This document shows positions 11,301 to 20,633 of a stretch of DNA of 48,598 bases, in pieces. Numbering within the stretch: position 1 is the first letter of the stretch; each line of letters starts with the position of its first letter. Below the pieces are notes generated by a model, which had not been told where the DNA came from, searched no databases, and saw only the letters and a program-made list of their open reading frames with translations. The DNA comes from Cytophagaceae bacterium (lineage in GTDB: Bacteria > Bacteroidota > Bacteroidia > Cytophagales > Cytophagaceae), in contig JBKBXU010000001.1 in the NCBI GenBank assembly GCA_046313675.1, positions 1 to 48,598 on the forward strand, read 5' to 3'. A program made the translations under genes and the position numbers.

Positions 11301-12194
11301 CCTGGAACCTGAAATCGTATTTTCAATATTTATAGTGCCGGGATCAGGATTGGAACAATCCTCTGTAAAACTTTCAAAATTAAACAAAAACACCCAGGAA
11401 CCCACATTATTATGGGGGCCATAATCATTAAGACAATGGCTCGCCGTTAAGAAATATGGGCGTCCGTCCTCGGAGGTATTGTTAATCATAGCTCCAGTAC
11501 ACAGGGCTCCACCAGCCACAATCATAGCAACCGAACCTGACTGATCCTGCCAGTCAAGTCCTTCCGGGCAATTGACATTTCGCTGACATGGGAATGAATT
11601 GCCAAGCCCATAAGCTTTCCGCATTTCATAAAACACATTCTTATATCCATGCACCACCTGGCTTATCTTAAGTTTACCCTGATCTTTTGATATTACAGGT
11701 TCATAATATTCAACGATGATTTCGTCACCGGGAATCGGCATGGTTCCGAAATACCCGTCGTCCGTATTGTTTGCTTCCGTAAAAGCGCCAAGTATTTTTG
11801 ATTTGTTGCTATTGTATATAAATAATTCAGCACCGTATGGAATATGAAATTCATTGAACACAAGGTTCATAGAAAAAGCACCATTCGATCGGATGCCAAT
11901 CCGCCAGATGCGATCGCCGTTATCCAACTGCTGCCACATGCCTGAATTTCTCAAGCCCTTGTTTAATTCCATGGTATGCCCAAACCGCAAAGGCCTAACT
12001 TCCTGAGAAGAGGAATCTTCTTTTAATAAGGCGCCAACATCAAATGAAGGCATATTGAAAAACGGGACCCTTGTATCAGGAATCATCGTTTTCATTTTCA
12101 CCGAAGGCGGCACACCTCCCGCACCTAATTGTGCATAAGCATTACAATAAATTAACGAAAGAGCCAGCAGGAAGTAAAAAAAGATGTTTTTCAT
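8394..12194 (-). CDS. Large T9SS-secreted trypsin-fold (S1-like) serine endopeptidase with two GEVED-like modules and five IPT/TIG-like repeats
   Basis: Signal peptide MKNIFFYFLLALSLIYCNAYAQ. Catalytic triad contexts LTASHC (His), SDMMLLEL (Asp) and GSSGSPLF (Ser). GETEDYSIR and GETQDYMIR are GEVED-type endings. There are five repeats of the form P.I.SFSP.SG.PG..V.I.G..F......NG (IPT/TIG-like). The C-terminal tail YPNPFSETITFRI...LYRLTGEDILLVKKMIKY is a T9SS type A sorting domain. Confidence 0.85.
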   Translation of the reverse strand: MKNIFFYFLLALSLIYCNAYAQLGAGGVPPSVKMKTMIPDTRVPFFNMPSFDVGALLKEDSSSQEVRPLRFGHTMELNKGLRNSGMWQQLDNGDRIWRIGIRSNGAFSMNLVFNEFHIPYGAELFIYNSNKSKILGAFTEANNTDDGYFGTMPIPGDEIIVEYYEPVISKDQGKLKISQVVHGYKNVFYEMRKAYGLGNSFPCQRNVNCPEGLDWQDQSGSVAMIVAGGALCTGAMINNTSEDGRPYFLTASHCLNDYGPHNNVGSWVFLFNFESFTEDCSNPDPGTINIENTISGSRLVSRNVYSDMMLLELHNQPPAEYNVFYAGWSRQNAPATSTAGIHHPHGDIKKISLTNYGPTSSQIYGSAPNSMWYIARTNATMQSGSSGSPLFDQNKRIVGQLWGGSQECASSRSYYGKISYSWDTAPEPHRRLKEWLDPQNTGLEYIDGEKFTPVSIYCHSGARSFRDTRIDHVAFGMINNTSNTYCGVYGRHTNLYTELAPNQVQDFSVTLGTCNESEESYVKIFIDWNGDGDFSDPGEMVAVSEVMLPGETFYGSITVPSDITTDITTRMRIVCHQTSDVDDVQACGYFANGETEDYSIRTLPPSAPRIVSFSPESGSPGTIVEITGTGFLLTSHVLVNGINTTFETVSSNLIRVTIPNGASTGPFVVINPNGYSASEEDFIVDPLYCNSGADHLDDTKIQRVRIGSIDNNTDPDECETYQDFTNLYADLYDDVNFMELIVTTGQCDGVYFPRKVKVYVDWDADGIFSEEELMAVSDEMDGENEYEFSTSISAPEEAAWGSRVRMRIICWETDMNADVDACSDYSHGETQDYMIRLLRNLDPPHITGFAPNTGYQGVNVTIRGTNFIDVSSVKFNDVAAVFVVQSPTSIVATVPADASTGKISVTTPGGTVVSFGDFQIYRPEPVIYSFSPVSGEPGSTVIITGEGFINVWNVLFHGSENTANNVSYSSYNTIVATVPHDATTGVLTIVMQDTEISTDSDFTIGEEGEYTPVIIDADPRTGEPGDIVIITGSNLMNVSSVKFNGTDAFFVYESSSRIVAMVPYDATTGPISVVTSETTVESLFDFVIETNEPWPNNISIAPAHGQVGSRIVVSGEYFGNVSTVHINGIPVIIHNISENEIQIEIPEGASSGLVTIITASGIVVETPLIFTVDPTTSVLTSESTKIESYPNPFSETITFRIMLPGSTKLKLEILDIFGTVQKVVVDGQVSEGIHEYEFSGTNLTAGTYLYRLTGEDILLVKKMIKY

Positions 12195-12636
12195 TACAGT
12201 ACTAAAATAGGATACTAAAAATACTGATTTTACCCTGACTTTTAATAATCTATAGGAATTTAATTTTCCAGGACCTTCTCTCCTTCAAGTTGATTTTATT
12301 ATTTTAGTTAAACTTTGACACTATTGTCAGTAGGAAGTTGAATAAAAAAGTCAACTTCTTTTATGCCATGTCATTCTCATATTTTAAAACTCAAAACTTA
12401 ACAATTCATTCCCTCCCAATAACTTAATATCTCAGTATCTTAATAACCCAACATTATTCCACGCTTCCCCTTGCAATTCGACAGTTTTGAACGTATCGCT
12501 ATGATTAACAAGATTAAATCCTATACTGATTATTTTATTGATTACTTTTATTATTTTGTTTCCAACTGGTCTTTTTCTATCTTTTCGATTCTAAATACTG
12601 AATATAAAATGTCGTTGATAAAGACACACATAGCGG

Positions 12637-14604
12637 ATGTTTTTGAGGAAGATGCCTTTAGTGTTAATAGTTTTCCAGAATTACATCATGAATATTTTTC
12701 TACAGAATCTTGAATACAAAGTTCTCTTCCGGGTATTTCTTTATTTTGTTATAGGCCTGCCGGGACTGCCGTTAATGGGTCAAGACCGAGTTGTAATCCA
12801 ATTAGGACATGGTGTAGACGAAGTATATGTAGTACGTGAGTATGTAGAATACTTTGTAGATTCAAGCCTTAATAAATTGCCAGATGAAATGTTTCATCGT
12901 AAAGATTTTCAACGAGTAGATAAAGATCTTGAAGATTTTATTAACTCCGAAATTGCTTATGCTTATTGGATTCGTTTTTCAGTTGTAAACCTGGACCCGG
13001 GTATAAAATACCGTCTTGAAATGTTTGACCACGACATAGACGAGGTAAGTTTATATGTTCGTAACGAAGATCACATTTTTGAATCTCATTCAGGGTATTT
13101 ATCAGAGTTTGGCTCCAGGGATTTGTACCACAAAAACATAGGTTTTTTTCTATCCTTACCAAAAAAAGACACCATAACCTATTTGCTGAGATTCCGGTCA
13201 GGAAAAACTAATGTCCTTGAGCCGGTAATCCGAAGCCTCCCTGCCTTTTATAAGTATAGCCTGATTGAGTACACCCTTCTGGGCTTTTTTTATGGGCTAA
13301 CATTTATAATTATTCTTTATAACCTCGTGTATTTTGTAATACTTAAAGAAAGAAAGTATCTATACTATCTCTTGTATATGCTGAGCATAACCATATACCT
13401 GATGAGCAGAAATGGAACCGGCTTCCAATTTTTCTGGCCGGACATACCCTCTGCCAATTATTATGTAGAGTTTATATCAAGCACCTCAGGAGTTAGCTTT
13501 CTTTTGCTTTTTACCTCTTCTTACTTAGGCTTATATTCAATTAATAAAAAAGGATATTTCTTTCTATTGGCTCTTTTGCTAATAAATTTACTCACATTAC
13601 CATTACAGATTCTACATCAAACCGACATAGTTCAAATGGTAATTGCCATACTGTTTGTACAAATTGCCTTTGGGGTCACCATAATTTTTTATCTAAAACG
13701 CAGGATCAAAACGCTGTGGTTTTTGCTCGGTTTTGTAATCCTGGACATCGGATTTATAATTTCCTGGCTGGAATACATTGATGGTATATCATCCTCTATA
13801 TTTACGGTATACTTTCTTTACCTGGCTGTTAACCTGCAATTTATTTTCATCTCCATAGGCTTGGCGCATGATATAAAGCAGATTCGGGAAGAAAAGAACA
13901 AAGCACTCATAAACCTTCTTGCGATATCTGACAACAACCAGATGATGCGAATTCTAGCTTTAAAGAAACAAATGAGCCCGCATTTCATTTTCAATGCCCT
14001 TAATTCCATATTGCAAAGAATTCTTTCCGGCAGTAAAGACGATGCTTCCGAATACCTGGTTAAATTTTCCAGACTCATTAGAAAAACCATGGAACAATCG
14101 GATATTATATTCACCAAACTTTCAGATGAACTGGAATCCTTAAAGATTTACCTGTCTTTGGAAGCAATGAGGCTGGGCAACTCATTTTCTTATAATATTG
14201 AAGTGAACCCATCTATAAATCCTGAAAGAGAGGTGATCCCTGCATTTATTATCCAGCCATTTGTAGAGAATGCGGTATGGCATGGCCTGATGCCTAAGCA
14301 GGGGGATAAATTTGTAAGCATCAGGATTGAAAAAGAAGCATCTGTGTTAGCCATTATCATTGAAGATAATGGGATTGGACGGACTGTCTCAGCAAAGCGT
14401 AAAAAACAGCACCAATCGACACCACAGGGCATAAACCTGATCAGGGAACGCCTGGAGCTGCTTAATAAGAAATACCATTGTGCTTCAACCGTAGAAATAC
14501 AAGATTTATATGACACTAAACATAATGCTTCCGGAACGAGAATTATTATTAAGACAGACCTAAAACATGAACAATTACATCAAAGCGATTATAGTAGACG
14601 ATGA
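12637..14604 (+). CDS. 7TMR-DISM family sensor histidine kinase (LytS/YehU-type His_kinase + HATPase)
   Basis: N-terminal extracytoplasmic region followed by about 7 TM helices, a coiled linker, then MSPHFIFNALNSI (LytS-type phospho-acceptor block), the N-box FIIQPFVENAVWHG and the G-box IEDNGIG. Possible alternative starts at 12652 and 12688 (MNIFLQNLEYKVLF..). Confidence 0.85.
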   Translation: MFLRKMPLVLIVFQNYIMNIFLQNLEYKVLFRVFLYFVIGLPGLPLMGQDRVVIQLGHGVDEVYVVREYVEYFVDSSLNKLPDEMFHRKDFQRVDKDLEDFINSEIAYAYWIRFSVVNLDPGIKYRLEMFDHDIDEVSLYVRNEDHIFESHSGYLSEFGSRDLYHKNIGFFLSLPKKDTITYLLRFRSGKTNVLEPVIRSLPAFYKYSLIEYTLLGFFYGLTFIIILYNLVYFVILKERKYLYYLLYMLSITIYLMSRNGTGFQFFWPDIPSANYYVEFISSTSGVSFLLLFTSSYLGLYSINKKGYFFLLALLLINLLTLPLQILHQTDIVQMVIAILFVQIAFGVTIIFYLKRRIKTLWFLLGFVILDIGFIISWLEYIDGISSSIFTVYFLYLAVNLQFIFISIGLAHDIKQIREEKNKALINLLAISDNNQMMRILALKKQMSPHFIFNALNSILQRILSGSKDDASEYLVKFSRLIRKTMEQSDIIFTKLSDELESLKIYLSLEAMRLGNSFSYNIEVNPSINPEREVIPAFIIQPFVENAVWHGLMPKQGDKFVSIRIEKEASVLAIIIEDNGIGRTVSAKRKKQHQSTPQGINLIRERLELLNKKYHCASTVEIQDLYDTKHNASGTRIIIKTDLKHEQLHQSDYSRR

Positions 14605-15295
14605 ACTTGACGGGCGTTTAGTTTTGACCTCCCTGTTAACTGACCATTGTGAATCAATAAAACTACTAGGTTCTTTTGACAGTGCAGAGTCAGGTATCAA
14701 GGCCATCAGGCTGTTGAATCCCGACCTGGTATTCCTTGACATAGAAATGCCCGGGATGAATGCTTTTGAAATGTTGGAGCAATTAGATATGATCCATTTT
14801 GATGTAGTATTTGTAACTGCTTACGACCATTATGCCTTAAAAGCCATAAAACATAATGCACTGGAATACATACTAAAACCGGTTGACAAAGTTGAACTTA
14901 TCAAATCCATTGAAAAATTCCATAGTAAGTGGCAAAGCAACCGTACCACACAAGAATCCGATAGCTCTAAAATGGTGCTTTCAGTAAGAGAAGGTTTTCT
15001 TTTTATAGATGTTGCCAAAATCATCCGTTGTGAAGGGGATGGTAATTATACCCATGTGTATCTTGAAGGAAATGTCAAGCATACATCTTCCAAAAGCCTT
15101 AAAGAATTTGAAAGAATATTACCTTCCTCTGGGTTCATACGCATTCACAAATCGCACCTGATCAATACCAATTTTATAAAAAAATATATCAAAGGAGAAG
15201 GAGGTACGATCGTGATGGCGGACAACTCAGAACTGGAAGTTTCACGAAGGAAAAAAGACTACTTTCTGAAATATTTCAACATTCGTACCGATTAA
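14567..15295 (+). CDS. LytTR-family response regulator
   Basis: Receiver domain (AIIVDDE, VFLDIEMPGMNAFE, LKP) plus a C-terminal LytTR DNA-binding domain (IIRCEGDGNYTHVYL...IRIHKSHLIN). It overlaps the kinase gene by 38 nt. Confidence 0.9.
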   Translation: MNNYIKAIIVDDELDGRLVLTSLLTDHCESIKLLGSFDSAESGIKAIRLLNPDLVFLDIEMPGMNAFEMLEQLDMIHFDVVFVTAYDHYALKAIKHNALEYILKPVDKVELIKSIEKFHSKWQSNRTTQESDSSKMVLSVREGFLFIDVAKIIRCEGDGNYTHVYLEGNVKHTSSKSLKEFERILPSSGFIRIHKSHLINTNFIKKYIKGEGGTIVMADNSELEVSRRKKDYFLKYFNIRTD

Positions 15296-15517
15296 AAGTG
15301 CTTTTGTAGTAGTTTTTGCTATAAACATGGAGAAGAAAGCGTTATTTGCCGAAAAATAATTGGCGCCCGCAGTTCAACCAGGATACACCGTACTTAAATA
15401 AGTAAGGATTTTAAAAAGGCTTTCATCTAATATGTTTGTGGGGTCTTTTGGTGGAGAAAAAAGTGCACATACTATTGATGCACACCACTAAGAGATATCA
15501 CTCTAAACATAAGACAA

Positions 15518-18355
15518 ATGAAACCAGAAAAAAAAATTTGGCTTTTGGGCATTGTATTGTTGTTGATCTCTTTCAATGTAAATGCACAAACAAACGTAAT
15601 TAAAGGTTTGACCGTTGTGGTTGAATTTTTGGATGCACCTTTTCCCCACTCTTTAGATTCTGTTGCCATGATGATGAACCAACCGGGTTTTTCCGGCTGG
15701 GGAAACACCGGTTCAGTAAGGGATTTTTTCTATGATCAATCAGATCAAAAGCTTTTGATAACAAGTACTGTTATCAAAGTTTCTTTACCTGATAGTGTTC
15801 ACCGCTATTATCATAGATCCCCTGCCAGAAGGGACATTGAAGAAATAGTAGCAAAGATCAACCAGCAATATCCGGACGGTTTTACCGGCCTTACCATTAA
15901 CCTGGAAGACAGTTCACTTGTACATTTTAACACAATCAGTAAAGCAGAAAAAGGAGCCTGGGCTTTTGGCCAGCAACCGGGATATCTTAAAATAAAAAAC
16001 AATGGTCTTTTAGTAAATATAAAAAATGGCAATAATTCGACATTCGGACGCCACCAAAATCCTAGTCGGAGTGCAGTCTGTCATGAAATGGGCCATAGTA
16101 TAATGAAATGGGCTGATTATTATTTTACAGATAATATTGGAGGTAATACCAACATTGGCCATTATTGTGTAATGGGTAGTGGGGGAGATCATTTTAATCC
16201 CATGCCCATCTGTGCGCCTTTAAGATATGAAGCAGGCTGGATAAATACAGTGGAAGAAATACCAAATATTACTCAAACCTATACAATCGCTTCTAACAGC
16301 AGGTCCCAGGCATATAAATATACCAATCCAAACAATCCTAATGAATATTTTATCATAGAGGCCTTGTATAAAAATGGCTACTACCCTCCTGTAGACGTGG
16401 AAGGATTTGATATAGACCAAGGCTTGGCAGTCTGGTATGTAGATAAAGAAAGAGGCAGATTTCAACCACATACATTGCCTGATCATCCAAGCATAAAGCT
16501 GATTCAGGCAGATGGACTGGATGAATTGGGAACATTTATCCCAAACCCTACCCACGCTCAAAAGAATAAACTCAGGGGAGACTTACATGACCTTTTTGAC
16601 AATGAATATAGTTCCCTTACGGCGTCGAGCCATCCCTATTTCCGTTGGAAAGATGGAAGTGAACCGGGGCTTACCATCACAAATATCAGCGCTCCAGGCC
16701 CTACCATGCAATTTACCGTACAAGCACGGCCAAACACCATAGCTTCACAGGTAACGTATCATAATGGTGGCACAGTTTCGCCGAGAGGATTAATTTCCCA
16801 TACCAGTGGTGTAAGCAAAACTTTTAATATTATCCCGGAAATAGGGTATGAAGTATCAACAGTTTTTGTAAATAATGTTTCGATGGGAAGTATTAATTCT
16901 CATACTATAACTACAGGGGGAGACCATAGGATTGCGGCTATATTTAACCCTTCCGATAATGTAGATCCGCTTCCTTCACCATGGCAGGAAGTCCAGATCG
17001 GAAATACCCGTCAAGCTGGTGTGGCCGGCTTTAGAAGTGGCTTATTTGGCTTGGAATCTAACAGCTATGACATATGGGGAACAGCCGACGGACTAACGTT
17101 CATTTATCAGCCAATGATTGGTGATGGCGAAATAGTAGCTCGGGTAAACTCCATGAACAATCCAACTGATTGGGCAAAAGCAGGGATTATGATGAGAGAG
17201 TCATTGACAGCCTCCTCTAAGCACTTTATGTTGGTAAAAACACCTTCCAATAATTATGCTCCTCAGATGAGAAGGGAAACAGGGCAAGTATCTTATCATA
17301 ATCCTAACAATACAGAAATCAAAGCAGAATACAACACATATAGTTGGATAAAGATAGTTAGAGAGGGAAATGTATTCTCCAGCTATTGTTCATTGAACGG
17401 TTTAACAAATTGGGTACTTCTGGCAACTGAGACCATAACCATGAACTCTACAGTTTACGTGGGCCTTTGCGCCGGTACGGGAAGTGATAATCTGGCTACA
17501 AAAGCTACCTTCGGAAATGTAAAAGTAACCACATCTAATAATGCGCCATTTGTATCTATTACTTCGCCATTATCCAATCAGACATTTACAGCTCCGGCAA
17601 ACATTACCATAAGCGCCAACGCTTTCGATAACGATGGCTATGTAACTAAAGTAGAATTCTTCAATGGGACTACTTTACTGGGAACAGATACTACGGCTCC
17701 TTATTCATTTCAATGGAACAACCTGCCTGCGGGGTTTTATTCAATTAATGCCAAAGCGACGGATAATTTAGGAGCTACGACGACTTCACATAATACATTT
17801 TTCGAAGTTGAGGCTCCTGTAGGTGATATTGCCGGACCCTCCTGCGGGGACAATAATTCTGTTTTATCTTTTGAACTATCTGCATCCAAGAGGACAAATG
17901 CTACAGGTTATAACTGGTACTATAATGGCTCGGTTCAAAGCATAATTGCTAACCCTCAGGCCAGATATCTTGTAAACGTCTCAACCGGAAATTGGTTCTC
18001 AGCCGGACAATTGTGCGTAGGTGTGAATTATAACGGCAGCCCATGGTACGCTACTTTCTGTGTACCGGTAGCCAAATGCTCGTCTGCAAGACTTGGCGAT
18101 GATGATTTCGAATGGGAAGAGGATGCTGTCAGTAGCACATCTGCCTATCCTAATCCATTTAGTTCTGAAACTACCATTCCTCTTCTTTACGGAAAAACAA
18201 CCAGTATTGAAGTTTATAATGCCCTTGGAATTCTGGTTCATCAAGCAAATGCTTCCGGAGAATATACATTCGGGTCTAACCTGGCTTCAGGTATATATTC
18301 AGTAAAATTAACTTCTGATAATAATTCTAAAACAATAAAGATCATTAAGCAATAA
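15518..18355 (+). CDS. Large T9SS-secreted putative zinc metallopeptidase with lectin-like and Ig-like domains
   Basis: Signal peptide (LLGIVLLLISFNVNAQ) and HExxH motif (VCHEMGHSIM). A central concanavalin/DUF1349-like segment (WQEVQIGN...DIWGTADG...DWAKAGIMMRES) is followed by an Ig-like module (NNAPFVSITSP...TAPYSFQWNNLPAGFYSINAKATDNLGATTTS). The T9SS tail is AYPNPFSSETTIPL...GIYSVKLTSDNNSKTIKIIKQ. Confidence 0.75.
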   Translation: MKPEKKIWLLGIVLLLISFNVNAQTNVIKGLTVVVEFLDAPFPHSLDSVAMMMNQPGFSGWGNTGSVRDFFYDQSDQKLLITSTVIKVSLPDSVHRYYHRSPARRDIEEIVAKINQQYPDGFTGLTINLEDSSLVHFNTISKAEKGAWAFGQQPGYLKIKNNGLLVNIKNGNNSTFGRHQNPSRSAVCHEMGHSIMKWADYYFTDNIGGNTNIGHYCVMGSGGDHFNPMPICAPLRYEAGWINTVEEIPNITQTYTIASNSRSQAYKYTNPNNPNEYFIIEALYKNGYYPPVDVEGFDIDQGLAVWYVDKERGRFQPHTLPDHPSIKLIQADGLDELGTFIPNPTHAQKNKLRGDLHDLFDNEYSSLTASSHPYFRWKDGSEPGLTITNISAPGPTMQFTVQARPNTIASQVTYHNGGTVSPRGLISHTSGVSKTFNIIPEIGYEVSTVFVNNVSMGSINSHTITTGGDHRIAAIFNPSDNVDPLPSPWQEVQIGNTRQAGVAGFRSGLFGLESNSYDIWGTADGLTFIYQPMIGDGEIVARVNSMNNPTDWAKAGIMMRESLTASSKHFMLVKTPSNNYAPQMRRETGQVSYHNPNNTEIKAEYNTYSWIKIVREGNVFSSYCSLNGLTNWVLLATETITMNSTVYVGLCAGTGSDNLATKATFGNVKVTTSNNAPFVSITSPLSNQTFTAPANITISANAFDNDGYVTKVEFFNGTTLLGTDTTAPYSFQWNNLPAGFYSINAKATDNLGATTTSHNTFFEVEAPVGDIAGPSCGDNNSVLSFELSASKRTNATGYNWYYNGSVQSIIANPQARYLVNVSTGNWFSAGQLCVGVNYNGSPWYATFCVPVAKCSSARLGDDDFEWEEDAVSSTSAYPNPFSSETTIPLLYGKTTSIEVYNALGILVHQANASGEYTFGSNLASGIYSVKLTSDNNSKTIKIIKQ

Positions 18356-18368
18356 AATGAACCAAATG

Positions 18369-18411
18369 AGGAGGGCGAAAGATGAGCTTTCGCCCTCCTT
18401 ATATTTTTTTG
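18369..18411 (+). terminator. Rho-independent terminator after the metallopeptidase gene
   Basis: AGGAGGGCGAAAG (18369-18381) pairs perfectly with CTTTCGCCCTCCT (18387-18399). A TATATTTTTTTG tract follows. Confidence 0.85.
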
Positions 18412-18842
18412 TTTGATTTCTCTGCCGCAAAAACTTCTTAAGATATTAATATACAAACCAAACAAATAAGTTTGGAGCCATTATGCAAAAAACAAGACCG
18501 GCTATCGTCCATTTTGTTTCCTTCTGTTTCACTAAAAAATACACAATTGAAAACAGCAGTGTTAAATAATGGAGATAGAAATAGGTATACGTGGAGTTTT
18601 AAGGATAGTAAGTCGAAAGGTATAAACTTTTGTAAAGGTTTCTTCTGAGAATTTACCTGGGATATACATATCGGCCAGGTTTAGGGAGGTAAAGGTAATG
18701 GAAAATATTATAAGAATATTTAAGGTTAGCAATACCGGTTTTATGGAAGGCATAAGAATGCTTTTGTATTATTCATTTTAAAATATATTTTTTGAACCTT
18801 GCTGCTTTTTTCCTTCTTAGGTTCAAATAGTTTCTAATAATA

Positions 18843-19304
18843 TCAGGAAATCGTCGAGATAAAAATATCTATTTCCGCATCATTCCAATTCCGACTTCTC
18901 TCATCATATATTTCAAAATCAAATCCGAAGCTCCGTCTTATATCAGAGCTCCATATTTTTTTCCAGGCATCTGTAATGCAACCCGTCATAACGCCTTTGG
19001 CAGTAAACATACTATAATTTTGAGCAGGTATGGTTAGTTCATCAAGTCCTTCAGGCGTAACGTCCGTATTATCAACTTTACAACCTATGAAATATGAGAA
19101 AGGACCTGTTTCATCCTTTTCGTAGTCAAAGTAAACAGCATATATTTCATTAGATGATTTGTCCGTGATTCGGTCGAAAATTTTATCTGATTCAAATTTT
19201 TGCCATAAATCTCCGCAATCTTTATTTGATTGGTCATTCTGGTTGGTGGTTTTACTGTTTAGTTTTAATCCGACTATTTTGAATTCACCTCTTCTTTCTG
19301 TCAT
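18843..19304 (-). CDS. GyrI-like / AraC-effector-binding-domain small-molecule-binding protein
   Basis: 153 aa with no signal peptide. The pattern FKIVGL...DLWQKF......YAVYFDYE....FSYFIGC......L....IPAQNYSMFTAKG...ITDAWKKIW resembles stand-alone GyrI-like domains. Confidence 0.5.
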   Translation of the reverse strand: MTERRGEFKIVGLKLNSKTTNQNDQSNKDCGDLWQKFESDKIFDRITDKSSNEIYAVYFDYEKDETGPFSYFIGCKVDNTDVTPEGLDELTIPAQNYSMFTAKGVMTGCITDAWKKIWSSDIRRSFGFDFEIYDERSRNWNDAEIDIFISTIS

Positions 19305-19404
19305 AGTGAGCGTTTTTTGGTTTTAATAAGATAGCAAAATAATAAGCTGTCTTTTTCCTATTGAAAATGCATTTCTAGTTATGTGTGGCAGTATGATAGT
19401 TATT

Positions 19405-19959
19405 TTACTCTGTTACCTCATGCTGTTCAAGCAGTTCTTTTATCATTTCCAGCCCTTCAGGGTCATCGGTATGAACTGTCCCTGTTTTAAGGTCGTTTTT
19501 AAGCTGGTTGATGAGTTTTTTCTTTACTCGCTCTCGTCGTTGATTAAGTTCAATACTGTCTTGTCGGTTCATTGGCCGTCTATAGTAGTCTGTCCATACC
19601 TGTGTTCTAGGCGGGAATGGTCCACTGATGGAATTACCTGGCTCTGTTTCAATCATGCTTACATAGTAGTCATGCTCCAAAAAGAAATAACCGCTAAAGG
19701 TCGTCAGGTTGCTGTCTTTGTCAAGTATTCTGTGCGTATGTTTAATTATATAATTTTCTGAGTTTGGAATCTTCTTATTGTGCCTTTTGGAAACAGATTC
19801 GGAATATTCACCAAATGAAACCGGTTCATAACTGTCGGGGTAGAGGGCATATTTCTTAATCCAGCCTGAAACTGCATTCTGTGCTTTTTCATACCTCTCC
19901 TGCCGGTTACCACAACTGCTTAAAGTCAAAATGATTAAAAGTGTCAATAATTTGTTCAT
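19405..19959 (-). CDS. Hypothetical lipoprotein
   Basis: Lipoprotein signal MNKLLTLLIILTLSSCGN. No family recognised. Confidence 0.6.
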   Translation of the reverse strand: MNKLLTLLIILTLSSCGNRQERYEKAQNAVSGWIKKYALYPDSYEPVSFGEYSESVSKRHNKKIPNSENYIIKHTHRILDKDSNLTTFSGYFFLEHDYYVSMIETEPGNSISGPFPPRTQVWTDYYRRPMNRQDSIELNQRRERVKKKLINQLKNDLKTGTVHTDDPEGLEMIKELLEQHEVTE

Positions 19960-20046
19960 GGGAGTAGTTTTATGATTCTAAAACCCTGGATTATGCATAG
20001 GCGAGACGCTTGACTCAAGATTCAGTTTAACCGCTTTTATGCACCC

Positions 20047-20520
20047 TTATTCATATATGCTTAATTTATGCTCTTTGTGTTCTAATAAGATTCTTCCTGG
20101 AATAGCAAACCAAACTACCCCAATCATTCCGATAATTAAAAATCGGATTAACATTCCCTTATAATACTTAGACAATTCGTTTTCTTTGATTTTGTATATT
20201 GAAAAAGGGATACAAATGATTAAAAGTAAGAATAATCCTGCCATCAACATTACCATAGACCCGGGCCACATCATTTGCCTAAAAACAGATCCGGTAATAA
20301 CAAGAGCAAGAATCACCCCAGTTAAACCGGAAAAAATGTAACTGTTTTGAAAACCTAATTCAATTTTTTTCTTAAACAAAAGCCAGGAAAAGGCAAAATA
20401 GGATAAGCCCAGGATGATAAACACTAAAACCATTACAGGCTCAGATGCAGGAATATCTAGCAGTGTACCTATTCCTGCCAATACATAAGCAGCAATTAAA
20501 ACAATTTCAAAAATTTTCAT
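20047..20520 (-). CDS. Hypothetical integral membrane protein (about 5 TM)
   Basis: 157 aa, almost entirely hydrophobic helices. No family recognised. Confidence 0.55.
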   Translation of the reverse strand: MKIFEIVLIAAYVLAGIGTLLDIPASEPVMVLVFIILGLSYFAFSWLLFKKKIELGFQNSYIFSGLTGVILALVITGSVFRQMMWPGSMVMLMAGLFLLLIICIPFSIYKIKENELSKYYKGMLIRFLIIGMIGVVWFAIPGRILLEHKEHKLSIYE

Positions 20521-20633
20521 AAGACTTCTATGGCTTGATTTTTATTTTTTCAACAAGAGCAGGAACAATGTGGCATTGAAAAATAGAGATGTGCATAAAA
20601 AATAAAGATTATGCCAGTTCTCAGGGTTCATTT

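Noticed and set aside
12195-12636. LytTR binding boxes (paired 9-bp direct repeats about 12 bp apart) in the divergent intergenic region, and likewise in 15296-15517
   Set aside because: A single ACAGTTTTG (12481-12489) resembles the AgrA-type half-site, but no partner repeat occurs at the expected spacing. The hairpins GAAGTTGA/TCAACTTC (~12333-12358) and TGACA/TGTCA are inverted rather than direct repeats. There is not enough evidence to annotate.
14567-14604. 38-nt overlap of the kinase and response-regulator genes as a frameshifted fusion
   Set aside because: The regulator starts with a normal receiver N-terminus (MNNYIKAIIVDDE) at an ATG. The kinase already has complete N and G boxes before the overlap. 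The overlap only involves a short non-conserved kinase tail.
18562-18753. 63-aa minus-strand ORF with one hydrophobic helix in the 430-nt gap after the metallopeptidase terminator
   Set aside because: It has an ATG start and a plausible TM, but no conservation evidence is available and no neighbouring coupled gene exists. It is too weak to call.
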